Below, in pieces: positions 35,264 to 45,386 of a stretch of 46,197 nucleotides of DNA. Every line of letters begins with the position of its first letter. Within the stretch, counting starts at the first letter, position 1. The position numbers were made by a program, and so were the translations under genes. This DNA comes from Candidatus Iainarchaeum sp. (GTDB lineage Archaea > Iainarchaeota > Iainarchaeia > Iainarchaeales > UBA10191), in NCBI GenBank assembly GCA_030649735.1, contig JAUSFL010000009.1:1-46197 (forward strand), given 5' to 3'. A model generated the notes under the pieces. It saw only the letters and a list, made by a program, of their open reading frames with translations, was not told the DNA's origin and searched no databases.

Positions 35264-38200
35264 ATGAATTTTTTTGTAAAAGGCTTGGTTTTGGCTGGGT
35301 TTTTGTTTTTTGTACTTCCTGTGCTGGCAAATGCTTCTTGCGGAAGCCTTGCCAGTGGCCAATATTACTTGCTTAAAGTACTTCCAGGAGACCCTAGCCT
35401 TTGGGTGAATAATCAAACTCCATTTATAAATCCCTCATTCGCGTATGTTGATGAATTGTTCACTTATTCAATTCAAGGGATTGCAAACAGGCAGGGGCCT
35501 TGCCTGTATGTTGAAAGAAACAACGCCTGGCCTGAAGGCGGGGATTATACTTTTAATTGGGAAAAGGTTTTGGCAGACGATCCAGACATTGGGGTTGTTT
35601 CAGGAACAAATTTCCAGCCAGTAATTGTCCAGCCGGAAAACATTTTTGCAAAAGCAAAAGATTTGGGAGTTATAAAGTACTTTTTTTGGAATGTCGAAAC
35701 TGGAGTTTCAACAAACAATTGGGACTGGATAGATGTTAGAAGCAGCCCTGCAAGAATGGCTGCTTTCTCTTATGCTGGGGCCAAAAGCGCGATTGCAATC
35801 CCTTATGTTAAACGAGGAGGCCTGAACAATCTTGCAGTCAACATCAAAAACCCAAGCACAATGATAAATTTCCAAACAATTGAAGAATTAAAAGCATACC
35901 TTGATGCATTGGGATTTTCCCAAGCACAAACTGACTGGAGTGCTTTTGAAAATGAAGTAATTGCCTATTCAACAGGCCATAATGAATTTGAAGTCAAAAC
36001 GCACGCTTACAACTGGCTTGTTCAAAACTGGCTGAATAATTCTTCTTTTGGCTTGAGCAAGAATTATTTCTGCTCTTTAGGAATCGGTGCTGATGACCAA
36101 TGCGTTGAAAACAAGGCTTTTGCCTTTTTCCTTAACTATTGGCCAAATCAACCTTGCACTTTAGCAAGCAATCAGTGCAGGATAGCATATTCTCTTTCAA
36201 ACTCAACAAGCTTTACTGATAAGGCAAAAGACCATGAAATGGCAGAGTTCATTCTCTTGCAATCCTCAAGCAATGCGACTGTTTTTGGCTGGAGCAATTC
36301 AGAACCGTGGTTTGCTTTCACTAACGCAAAATTCGGGCATGTTACCTCGCAAACAGGCGGGTTTAATTTCAGTTTTATTTCAAAAATTCCAGTAATAAGC
36401 CCGCAATATTTAATAGCACCTCAGCCAAGCACTGCCTACCAGTATGATGAAGGCAAATACTATTCTGGAATAATGGTTGGCGACTCATCATACGCTAACG
36501 GCGCAGGAACAATGTTTTACGACTCTTTTAGCATAAATGGCTCTGGAGTCGGAAGCTTTACAACTACAACAAAACTCAATTGGGGAATAGACTCCGCATT
36601 TTATGACCGCGCGCCAATCCTGCTTGCATATTATTTCAAAAAGGCAAGACCTGGTCTAGACTTGATTCAAGCAGGAATTAGCGGAGACTACTTTTTCGCA
36701 TTGGCGGTTGCAAAATTCAAGGGAATGCAGTCCCTTGATGCAATACTGCAAAAAAACAAGACCAGAATTCAAAATTCAGGAATGAGTTTTTTCGCAAACC
36801 CTTGGGATGGCTTTGATGAAGGTACAGTCGATCGTGAGCCTCCTGCTAATCCAAACGATTATGGATTGTCGCAAAGCTACTATCAAACAAACTGTTCATT
36901 CAGCCAGCAAGTATACACGCAATATTACCTTACTCTTGGAGTGAAAAACGCGTTTCAGGGGGCAGATGCTGGATTTAATTGCATTAGCCCTGAAAGCCCA
37001 GTATACACTATAGGCACTGGACCTTCAAAAACCACTGTAATTTCCAGGACTGCGCGCGCTGACTTTTTTGGCTTCAGTCCGAACACAACAGCAGAATTTG
37101 ACTCAAAATTCACTACTTTCAAAAACAACTACAATATCAAGACTCCACTGATGTGGTTTACTGGCTTAATTCCTGAAACTTCAACAAATCCTGGAATGAC
37201 AAGTACAAAATTAAGTCAAATTGAACAAAACCATCCAGAATTGAAGTTTGTTTTGCTTGACGAGCTTTATTACATGGCAAACATGCTTTACAACAACGAA
37301 ATCCAAAACCCGACTTTTGCAGATTCTGCAACGCCAGTCTGGAATTTTTCATCAGCAGACGCGTCAATCGCGGCTTCAGACTTTGCAGACAGCAGCGGAA
37401 AGTCATTAAAGCTGAATAATTATTCTTTCGCTTTCCAAAAGCCACAGGCATTAACGAGCGCCAGCGGGAAAAAATTCAAGCTGACTTACTGGGCAAAAAA
37501 AACAAACTCCAACTGCACTCCGTTTGTTACAATCCAAGAGCTTCCAAGTTGGAGTGGAAAAGCAACCCAATACATTGACTCAACAAGCTGGAAGCAATAC
37601 TCTTTGATTTTCACATTGCAAAGCAACAACGAGCACATAGTGACTCTTGCAACAGCAAACCAGGATGCAGGCAAAGGAACTTGCGCCTTGCTTGATGACG
37701 TGCGCTTGGCTGAAACCAACGAGCAATCAGAAATCTGCAGTAACGGAATCAACGATGATGGCGACGGCTTGATAGACTGCGCAGACTTCACAGACTGCCC
37801 AACAGGAACTGTCTGCGGAACAAACAAAACATGCAATGCAAGCAGGCAATGCGTTGACGTTGTAAGAACGCTAGCAGATCCAGACTTGAGGCTTTACATG
37901 CCTTTTGAAACAGACGTTAAAGATTACTCAGGAAACAACCATGATGGAGTTTTGGTTCTTGGAAGAACAATCAACGATGTCGTATTGTCTGACGCGCAAA
38001 GGGGCAAAGTGCTTTCAGTCAACAGTTCATTGCTCAATTATGTCAAGGTCTCAAACAGTTCTTCACCTGGCAATTCTGACTTTGCATTCGGGCAAAGGCA
38101 AAATTTTACGATAATGTTCTGGGGAAAAGGCGCCGCGGGCGCGCAGTTCGTTTTGGCAAACGCTTACCATGACACCGGGCCTGGATTTGGCGCTTACAGG

Positions 38201-40066
38201 GACGGATCATACATTACTGAAGGCTCAACTGATCACGTTGCGCCTTGGGACAGCCCGCCCCCAAAACTGGCCGGAAGCCCATGGCTTGGAAACGTCGGGC
38301 CTGGAGGAACTCCTTGGACTTGGATGGACAGCGCTTGGCACCATGTTGTTTACACTGTAGAAAGAGACCAGGCAAGCCCGCAAGCCTGGGTAAAACTTTC
38401 AACAATTATTGACGGGGGATTAGCATCAACTGGTTCAAGAAATTATTCAGTGTCATACCCTAATGGCTGGACTCCGGACTTGGACCAGGAGACAATTAAT
38501 GCAACTCCAATCCGCGACTTGATAATCGGCGCGGGATATAGCACTGGACAGGTAGCTGGACAAAACAGCATCAGCTTTCCTTATTTTGGAAGCCTTGACA
38601 ATGTAAGAGTTTACAATAGGCTGTTGACGCTTGCTGAGATCCAAAAAATTTACAATGAAGAATTAAACCTCATTGGCCCAGTGCGCTCTGATGGAACTCC
38701 AACAGGCACATTGCCTTCTGCAGCCCAGGCAACAATAAGCCTTTTGACAAATGTTCCGGCGACTTGCAAATATTCAACAACTGCTGGAAGTTGGGATCCA
38801 ACAAAAGAAAGCCTTGACAACATTTCGCCAACCTATCATTCAAAACTTGTGAATGTTACTGCTGGAGTGAATACTTTTCATATTATGTGCCAGGACACTT
38901 CAAGCCCTGCAAAAGTCAACACCACTGATTTTACAATTTCCTTTACAGTGACTGCGCCTCCGGCTCCGGTTTGCGGGAATGGAGCAATTGATGCTGGAGA
39001 GCAGTGCGACGGCGGCATTGGCTCGCAAACTTGCCCCGGATTTAATTCAAACTTTGTTGGCGGAAGCTTAAGTTGTAATGCCGCAGGAAGCCCTAATGAA
39101 TGCACTTTCAACACTTCAAGCTGTGTTTGCAGCAGTTGCGCACCCGCGGTCTGCAGCCATTCGCCATTGCAGAATGGAAACTGCTGCTGGAACACTAATG
39201 AAATAATAAAAGATGACTTGGATTCTGCACTTGCAATAGTCAATGACGGGTGGTTTAGGTTCTTGTGCCATGACGGCCAAGTTTTCGTCCATGACGGAGT
39301 CAATGAAGGCACAATAAGGGTTTCAGAATGCACTGTCAAAGGGCCTTTTTTTGCGTTTCCAAATTATCCCGATGCTGAATGGGAAGGTGGCTGGAGATCT
39401 GGAAATGGAGAAGGCATTGTTTGCGATACTGGAAAAACCTGCCAGTCTGGAGCTTGCGCTGCAACGCCGGGCTGTACTTTAAATTCTGAGTGCACTACTC
39501 AAAATCCGGCATTGCCAAAATGCAAGACAAGCCCATTGCCAGGGGAATGCGTGCAATGCCTGGCAACTCCTGACTGTGGTTCAGGATATATTTGCGTTAG
39601 CAATTCTTGCGTTCTAAACCGGGTTGGAATTGTGCAGCAGCCAAAAATTTTAGAGATTGTTTTAGACCCGCAGGCCCCAAACACTGAAGAGAAACTGAAT
39701 GTTTTTGTGAAAGTAAAAAACTTTTCTGCAAGCGATGCTGACTTGAAAATAAATGCATACATTACTGGGTTTGTCAGCAGGTATGATCCAGAACATGATT
39801 CAAAAACAGTTCCTGCAGGAGAATCAGCAGACTTCCGCATTTTTGGATTCATTTACTTAAACATGTGGGCAATTTTCAATGAAGGAAAAGTCTACTCCAT
39901 TGTCGTAAAATTGGAAAAGCCTGACGGCACTGTTTTGGACACTGCTGAAAAACAGTTTGGGCTGAAAATGCAGCAAAAAAGCGTTCCTGAAGCAAGCCCG
40001 ATTCTTGCTGTTGTTGTCTTGGTTTTTGTTTTAGGGCTTGTTTACTGGAAAAAAAGCGAAAATTAA
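35264..40066 (+). CDS. 1600-aa cell-surface protein: GxGYxYP-like glycoside hydrolase region, CBM-like, LamG, Cys-rich repeats, CARDB-like, C-terminal sorting signal
   Basis: Sec signal peptide; QGIANR..VFGW..LNWGI..AP.LLAYY..ISG; IQNPTF; EICSNGINDDGDGLIDCAD; WHHVV..GSLDNVRVYNRLL; VCGNGAIDAGEQCD; VPEASP-TM-KK. Confidence 0.78.
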   Translation: MNFFVKGLVLAGFLFFVLPVLANASCGSLASGQYYLLKVLPGDPSLWVNNQTPFINPSFAYVDELFTYSIQGIANRQGPCLYVERNNAWPEGGDYTFNWEKVLADDPDIGVVSGTNFQPVIVQPENIFAKAKDLGVIKYFFWNVETGVSTNNWDWIDVRSSPARMAAFSYAGAKSAIAIPYVKRGGLNNLAVNIKNPSTMINFQTIEELKAYLDALGFSQAQTDWSAFENEVIAYSTGHNEFEVKTHAYNWLVQNWLNNSSFGLSKNYFCSLGIGADDQCVENKAFAFFLNYWPNQPCTLASNQCRIAYSLSNSTSFTDKAKDHEMAEFILLQSSSNATVFGWSNSEPWFAFTNAKFGHVTSQTGGFNFSFISKIPVISPQYLIAPQPSTAYQYDEGKYYSGIMVGDSSYANGAGTMFYDSFSINGSGVGSFTTTTKLNWGIDSAFYDRAPILLAYYFKKARPGLDLIQAGISGDYFFALAVAKFKGMQSLDAILQKNKTRIQNSGMSFFANPWDGFDEGTVDREPPANPNDYGLSQSYYQTNCSFSQQVYTQYYLTLGVKNAFQGADAGFNCISPESPVYTIGTGPSKTTVISRTARADFFGFSPNTTAEFDSKFTTFKNNYNIKTPLMWFTGLIPETSTNPGMTSTKLSQIEQNHPELKFVLLDELYYMANMLYNNEIQNPTFADSATPVWNFSSADASIAASDFADSSGKSLKLNNYSFAFQKPQALTSASGKKFKLTYWAKKTNSNCTPFVTIQELPSWSGKATQYIDSTSWKQYSLIFTLQSNNEHIVTLATANQDAGKGTCALLDDVRLAETNEQSEICSNGINDDGDGLIDCADFTDCPTGTVCGTNKTCNASRQCVDVVRTLADPDLRLYMPFETDVKDYSGNNHDGVLVLGRTINDVVLSDAQRGKVLSVNSSLLNYVKVSNSSSPGNSDFAFGQRQNFTIMFWGKGAAGAQFVLANAYHDTGPGFGAYRDGSYITEGSTDHVAPWDSPPPKLAGSPWLGNVGPGGTPWTWMDSAWHHVVYTVERDQASPQAWVKLSTIIDGGLASTGSRNYSVSYPNGWTPDLDQETINATPIRDLIIGAGYSTGQVAGQNSISFPYFGSLDNVRVYNRLLTLAEIQKIYNEELNLIGPVRSDGTPTGTLPSAAQATISLLTNVPATCKYSTTAGSWDPTKESLDNISPTYHSKLVNVTAGVNTFHIMCQDTSSPAKVNTTDFTISFTVTAPPAPVCGNGAIDAGEQCDGGIGSQTCPGFNSNFVGGSLSCNAAGSPNECTFNTSSCVCSSCAPAVCSHSPLQNGNCCWNTNEIIKDDLDSALAIVNDGWFRFLCHDGQVFVHDGVNEGTIRVSECTVKGPFFAFPNYPDAEWEGGWRSGNGEGIVCDTGKTCQSGACAATPGCTLNSECTTQNPALPKCKTSPLPGECVQCLATPDCGSGYICVSNSCVLNRVGIVQQPKILEIVLDPQAPNTEEKLNVFVKVKNFSASDADLKINAYITGFVSRYDPEHDSKTVPAGESADFRIFGFIYLNMWAIFNEGKVYSIVVKLEKPDGTVLDTAEKQFGLKMQQKSVPEASPILAVVVLVFVLGLVYWKKSEN

Positions 40067-40121
40067 ATCCGGCAAAGGCTTTTTAAGTAAAGTTTTAATA
40101 TTGCCAGTCCTTATTTTTAAC

Positions 40122-42029
40122 ATGCGTTCCTTAAAAGGCCAGGCTTCGGTCGAGTTCTTGGTCATAGTCATTGCAGGCTTGATTTTGATTGGAGTAGTGG
40201 CTTTCTTTCTTTTCTCGCAAAAAGGCGGTGTTGGCTCGCGGTCTGAAATAGACTCTGCACAGCTCATAGTGAATGATGTTTCAAAAGCAGCGGATGATGT
40301 TTTCATTCAAGGCCCGGGAAGCTCGAAAAAAATTCAAATAACAGTTTCTGAAAGCACTGACTTGAACAATTCAGGAATTCTTGAAAAAACAGTTTTTTTA
40401 AGCCTGCAGGGAACAAGGGTCTTTTCAAACTCCAAGGTAAAAATGACCGGAAGCTTTCCAAAGCAAAAGGGATTCCAGGACGTTTTCCTGAACGCAAGGG
40501 CAGATTATGTTTTTGTGGGAGAGTCAAGGATTTTTTTAAGCCAGTATTTCATATTTGCAGAATTGGTTCAAGGCGACAATGCTTCAGAATCAATTGTTTT
40601 AAGGAATGAGGGAAATTCTCCCTTGACGGTTCAGGTAAGCAAGGAATTTGACTCTTCAATCGTTTTCTTGGAAGTTAATTCTTCAAATTTTTCATTGGCT
40701 TCAAAAGAGTCAAAAACCATTGTGCTGGATTTTACCGCAAGGCCTTTGGGATTGGGCCAGGCTTCAGGAAAACTGAACATTCAAGTTTCAGGGAACGATT
40801 ATTCTGAAAAAGCAGTGATTCCAATCACTGTTTCAGTAAAGGCCTCAAAGGCAACTGCTTCAGGCTCTTTAAGGATTATTCCAAACTCTTGGACTGCCTC
40901 GCTAAAGTCGGGGGAAAGCGTTTCAAAAACATTCAAGGTCTGCAACCAGGCAAATTCAACTTCGGGCGCCGTAAATTTCGCAAAGCTTGAAATCTTTTCA
41001 AAAGAGCTCCCGAGGACTGAGGGCGGAATAGTGTGGAGCGTTTTTGAAGACAATGACTTCGTGTATGCCGGAATGCAGGACGGCGGAATTAATGTCTGGA
41101 TGAAAGACCTTACTTTTTTCAAGAAAGTTTCTGAAACAGCAAGCGCGATAAGGGCGGTTGCAAGCAATTCTGACTTTGTTTTTGCGGGCAGTTCTGACGG
41201 GAACGTTTACGTGCTTGACAAGGAAGACTTTTCACTGAAATCAGTTTTGGTTGGAAACTCAGGCCCGATAACAAGCCTTGCCATTGACGGCCAAAGAATT
41301 TACGCGGGAACCTCGTCCGGAAAAATAATCATTTGGGACAATTCAGCATTCAATCAATTGGCGAATTTTTCAAATTCGGCAGAATCAGTGAATTCTTTAA
41401 GCCTTGGCAGCGACAGCATTTTTGCGGGCAGTTCTGACGGGAACGTTTACGTTTGGAAAAAATCAGACCTTTCTTTTGAAAGAATCCTGGCCCAGCCATC
41501 ATCGCCGGTGAATTCGGTTTTTGCAGACTCTGACTTTTTGTTTGCCGGAACCCAGGACGGAAAAGTGTTTGTTTATTCGCTCAGCGACTTTTCATTGGTA
41601 AACGTCATTTCAAAGTCATTGAACAGCATAAAGCAATTGTACTCGAGCCCTGCGGGGAATTTTTTGGCAGTGGCAGCGGCCGATTCGGGAGTTTATTTTT
41701 TCAGCAGGCCTGAATTCATTGAAACATTCAATGCTTCCGCAGGCAAAATGATGCAGGGAGTCTACGGGAATGAGGGCACAGTGCTTTTGGGAACCGGCGA
41801 TTCTGAAGTTTTTGCAATAAACTACAGCGAGTTCGTCAGCAAAATCGCGTCCTATTGGATTAATGACCTGCAATCGCTTGATTCAATTCCTGCGCAATCA
41901 TGCAGTGACAAGAATTTCACAATAACCATTCCGCCATCAATGACTTCAAACAGTTTTTTCGGCGACTTGAACATAAACAGTGCGGACGAGGGATTTGATG
42001 TCCTGCAAATTCAGGTTAATGTTGAATGA
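40122..42029 (+). CDS. Class III signal peptide protein with Ig-like domains and a 7-bladed WD40 propeller
   Basis: ATG 40122; KG/QASVEF; seven about 40-aa xxAGxxDGxxxVW-type repeats. Confidence 0.85.
   Translation: MRSLKGQASVEFLVIVIAGLILIGVVAFFLFSQKGGVGSRSEIDSAQLIVNDVSKAADDVFIQGPGSSKKIQITVSESTDLNNSGILEKTVFLSLQGTRVFSNSKVKMTGSFPKQKGFQDVFLNARADYVFVGESRIFLSQYFIFAELVQGDNASESIVLRNEGNSPLTVQVSKEFDSSIVFLEVNSSNFSLASKESKTIVLDFTARPLGLGQASGKLNIQVSGNDYSEKAVIPITVSVKASKATASGSLRIIPNSWTASLKSGESVSKTFKVCNQANSTSGAVNFAKLEIFSKELPRTEGGIVWSVFEDNDFVYAGMQDGGINVWMKDLTFFKKVSETASAIRAVASNSDFVFAGSSDGNVYVLDKEDFSLKSVLVGNSGPITSLAIDGQRIYAGTSSGKIIIWDNSAFNQLANFSNSAESVNSLSLGSDSIFAGSSDGNVYVWKKSDLSFERILAQPSSPVNSVFADSDFLFAGTQDGKVFVYSLSDFSLVNVISKSLNSIKQLYSSPAGNFLAVAAADSGVYFFSRPEFIETFNASAGKMMQGVYGNEGTVLLGTGDSEVFAINYSEFVSKIASYWINDLQSLDSIPAQSCSDKNFTITIPPSMTSNSFFGDLNINSADEGFDVLQIQVNVE
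41179..41452 (+). repeat. 34-bp exact direct repeat within the WD40 blades
   Basis: TTTTTGCGGGCAGTTCTGACGGGAACGTTTACGT at 41179-41212 and 41419-41452, 240 bp apart. Confidence 0.9.
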
Positions 42030-42065
42030 TTCTTTCCACAAAGCGTTCAAAAAAAGGTTTTTGTC

Positions 42066-43109
42066 TTGAGGTTGAGAAGAGGCCAGTCCAGCATTGAGTT
42101 TCTCATAATTCTTTCATTTTCCCTGATTGCTTTTGCAGGAATTGTCTTTTTCACTAACGCGCGGATTGGCTCATTGAACAAGTCAGTCAACGAGCAGGTT
42201 GCAGAGCAGGCAGTCAGCCTTGTTTCAGCATCCGCAAAGGATGTTTTTCTCCAAGGCGAAGGCTCTGAAATGCTGGTTTCCTTCAAAGTCCCGGGCGGCA
42301 TTGACGCTTCAGGCTCTGGAGTGAAGGACAATTCAATAATTTACAAAGTCAACAACACCGCGTTTTTCAAAAGCCTTGACTTTAACCTGGAGGGAAGCCT
42401 TCCATTAAAGCAGGGGTTTTCAAGCGTTCGCGTTTTCTCAAAAGGCGGAATTGTTTTTGTAAGCCCTGCCTGCGTTTTTGCGGACAAGACAATGCTTTCT
42501 GAAAAAATCCACCAGGCCAGCGGCTTTCAGGATTCCATAGTCTTGAAAAACAATTCATCAAGCGATGTTTTTGTGAGAGTTTCAAAAACCCTTCCTTTTG
42601 AAGACATTTCCCTTGTTTTCTCAAACAGCGAGTTTGACTTGAATTCAGGAATTTCGCAAAACATTGACTTGCTTTTTTCCGCAAAGCCGACTGCTTCAGG
42701 AAATTATTCCGGAAAAATTTCAGTCGCGACAATCAATGAAGACTGCGCTGGCTCTTTTGAAATCCCGTTCATTGTGAATGTTTCAGGGACCGGGGTTTTA
42801 AGCGTGTTCCCGTCAAAAATTTCCGGCGATTACTCCAAGGGAAGCTTTCACTCAATGCAATTAAGCATTTGCAACAATTCGCAGGAGACTTTGGCAAATG
42901 TTTTTTCAGAAAGTTCAACAGGCTCTCCTGGAGAATGGTTTTCTGAAACAGCGCCAATAGAGCAATTGCCTCCAGGCTGTGCCGAACGGACTGTTGAATT
43001 CTCAATACCAAGCAATGCTTCAGGGGCATATTCTGGCTTCTTAAGCTTCACTGACAATTCAAACCTTGCAAGCATTGACTTGAACATTAATGTGCTGGAG
43101 GAAGGCTGA
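42066..43109 (+). CDS. Class III signal peptide protein with Ig-like domains
   Basis: RRG/QSSIEF; paralog of 40122..42029 without the WD40 region. Confidence 0.82.
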   Translation: MRLRRGQSSIEFLIILSFSLIAFAGIVFFTNARIGSLNKSVNEQVAEQAVSLVSASAKDVFLQGEGSEMLVSFKVPGGIDASGSGVKDNSIIYKVNNTAFFKSLDFNLEGSLPLKQGFSSVRVFSKGGIVFVSPACVFADKTMLSEKIHQASGFQDSIVLKNNSSSDVFVRVSKTLPFEDISLVFSNSEFDLNSGISQNIDLLFSAKPTASGNYSGKISVATINEDCAGSFEIPFIVNVSGTGVLSVFPSKISGDYSKGSFHSMQLSICNNSQETLANVFSESSTGSPGEWFSETAPIEQLPPGCAERTVEFSIPSNASGAYSGFLSFTDNSNLASIDLNINVLEEG

Positions 43110-43501
43110 TGAATTCCAGGGCGCAAGTGACTGCCGAATTCCTTGTAGTGATCATTGCATTGCTTTTCGTGCTGAATTTCGCGTTTGGCATTTACTCAAG
43201 CAATTTGCGGCTTTTCTCGGACTTCGCGCAAACTTCTGAAATGAAAATTTCTGCGGCAAACATCGGCAATGCACTTGACTCAGTGCTTTTTGCAGGCAAT
43301 GGCGCAAGCGCGGAGTTTCTTTTTGAAAGAAAGCTTGACTATAACGCGGGAGTTTCAGGAAGCATGCTTTCATTAAGGTCAAAGAACGCGCTGGTTGACT
43401 TTCCGCTTTCAACAAGCGACATTGACTTTTCAAGTTTTGAATTCAACAAAAAACTGAAAATTTCGAACAATCTTGGAAGAGTGGTGGTTGAGAATGCCTG
43501 A
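43109..43501 (+). CDS. Type IV pilin-like protein
   Basis: MNSRA/QVTAEF plus hydrophobic helix; start overlaps the upstream stop. Confidence 0.78.
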   Translation: MNSRAQVTAEFLVVIIALLFVLNFAFGIYSSNLRLFSDFAQTSEMKISAANIGNALDSVLFAGNGASAEFLFERKLDYNAGVSGSMLSLRSKNALVDFPLSTSDIDFSSFEFNKKLKISNNLGRVVVENA

Positions 43502-43997
43502 GTTCGGCAAAAAAGGCCAGATTTTTTCCGCTGACGCCTTGCTTGGAATGATTGTCTTCCTTTTCGCATTAAGCATTGTCTTCTATTATTTCGGGCAAAT
43601 TTCTGAAAGGGACAGGGCCTTCACTGAATCTTTCGAAATGAAAACAATCGCTTTCAATTCATTGAGCTCGCTTGTTGAAACAAAAGGCGCGCCTGAAAAC
43701 TGGGAGTTTGCAGAAATCCAGGACGCAAAATCTTTCGGTGTTTCTTCAGAACGCAATGTTCTCTCGCCTGAAAAGCTTGAAAAATTCGGCGAATTCACAT
43801 TGCAGGACGCGAATTCAGTCAGGAAAACCCTTGGCTTGGGAAAGTATGATTTTTCTTTCAAAATTTCAGACTTTAATGGAATCGAGGTTTTTTTGGCAAG
43901 CTCAAGCAATTCAAGCAAGTCTGTCTCTTTCAAGACCTCGAGGATTTCACTGTACAATGGAAGCCCGGCAATTGTTTCGCTCGAGGTGTTCAAATGA
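43494..43997 (+). CDS. Type IV pilin-like protein
   Basis: ATG 43494; KKG/QIFSADALL; GAPENW motif. Confidence 0.78.
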   Translation: MPEFGKKGQIFSADALLGMIVFLFALSIVFYYFGQISERDRAFTESFEMKTIAFNSLSSLVETKGAPENWEFAEIQDAKSFGVSSERNVLSPEKLEKFGEFTLQDANSVRKTLGLGKYDFSFKISDFNGIEVFLASSSNSSKSVSFKTSRISLYNGSPAIVSLEVFK

Positions 43998-44422
43998 ACT
44001 CTCGCGGTTTTGTGATTTCTTTTGACGCAATCCTTGCGTTATTCGTCATTTTTGCGTTCTTGATTGCCTCATTCTCATTGATTGCAGGAATTGACGAAAC
44101 ATCATACAACCGGCTTTTCTTGAAGAATTTTTCGCTTGATGTCTTGACAGTGCTTGAAAAGTCTGGAAAATTGGCTTCTGCGGCTTCATCAGAAGACACT
44201 GAACCATTGGATTCTTTCCTGAACCGCCTGCCTTTCTCGTACTGCGCGAGAATTGACATTTTAGAGCAGGGCTCGTCGCAAATTTTCCTGACTGCCTCCA
44301 GGGCTTCCTGCACGAACCCGCCGCAAAACTCTTTCCTTGCAAGAAGGTTTTTTTCCGCAAAAACAGGCAATGCCACAATATACTACAATGCTGAATTGCG
44401 GGCCTGGATTTCTGGTGATTGA
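43994..44422 (+). CDS. Type IV pilin-like protein
   Basis: MNSRG/FVISFDAILAL; ATGA coupling and GAGGTG SD. Confidence 0.78.
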   Translation: MNSRGFVISFDAILALFVIFAFLIASFSLIAGIDETSYNRLFLKNFSLDVLTVLEKSGKLASAASSEDTEPLDSFLNRLPFSYCARIDILEQGSSQIFLTASRASCTNPPQNSFLARRFFSAKTGNATIYYNAELRAWISGD

Positions 44423-44423
44423 A

Positions 44424-45302
44424 ATGTTTGGAAACAATGAAGGACTGCGGGGAATTGGAAAAAAAGGCTTTTTTCTTTCTGTCTCGATTTTCATGATTGT
44501 AATGTTTGCATTGCTTTTCTCGCAGCAATTCCTGCACAAGTCCCAAGGCTTTGAGAATTCTTTCTCGGAAAGGTTTGCGCTGCAAAAGGCCGCGTTTGTT
44601 TCCGACAATGTCTCAAGCCAGGCAGCGGCCTTGCTTGGCGCAAAAGTCGGTTTTGAAGATTCGCCAGCCTCTTCAATCGTAAGGGTTTCTTCAGGCATTC
44701 CTTGCGGGGCGAGTGCTTCAGGGCTTTCAGGCTTCAAGAGCTTTGTTGAAAATGAAGTTTCCCAACTTAACAATTCCCAATTGTCGATTGACTTTTCAAG
44801 GCTTTCCGGAGGAAAGCAGGAATTGCTTTTCTCAAACGGCCTGCAAATGGACTGCAATAATTCTTCAGGCAATTCCCTGGAGTTTTATTCAACCAATGAT
44901 TCTTCAATGCCGTTGGTTTTTGACCTGAACATTGAAGGCACTGGATCCTTGAATGATGTTGCTGCATGGCAGTGGCAGCCTTCAGGGGATTTGGAAGTGA
45001 GAATTCACTACAAGGATTCAACAATCACTTACATTGGCTCTGGAAAAATAGACGCAAGCATTGAGAATTCCTTTCGCTTCAATTATTCCGGCGGCTCATT
45101 GAAAATCACTGCAGGCTCGTTCAACGGGCATTCCAAGGCATTAAAGATTGAAATTGACAATGACGCGAACGTTAGCGCGGCAATTGTTTCAAGGATTTCT
45201 CTCCCCCAGCAGGAAAAGCCAGTCGCGTCTTATGACGCAAGCACATCGTTCAAGCAGGCCGGCGTTGAAAAAACCTCAAGCATTGAGCCATTGCAGGACT
45301 AG
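44424..45302 (+). CDS. Type IV pilin-like (class III signal) protein
   Basis: ATG 44424 with GGTGA SD; KKG/FFLSVSIFMIV. Confidence 0.7.
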   Translation: MFGNNEGLRGIGKKGFFLSVSIFMIVMFALLFSQQFLHKSQGFENSFSERFALQKAAFVSDNVSSQAAALLGAKVGFEDSPASSIVRVSSGIPCGASASGLSGFKSFVENEVSQLNNSQLSIDFSRLSGGKQELLFSNGLQMDCNNSSGNSLEFYSTNDSSMPLVFDLNIEGTGSLNDVAAWQWQPSGDLEVRIHYKDSTITYIGSGKIDASIENSFRFNYSGGSLKITAGSFNGHSKALKIEIDNDANVSAAIVSRISLPQQEKPVASYDASTSFKQAGVEKTSSIEPLQD

Positions 45303-45386
45303 ATTGCCCTTGCTTTTTTTTGTTAACTTTCACCCCCTGTCGTAAATTGGATTCTTTTTAAATTGCTTTTTGTTTTTGCGGTTCTA

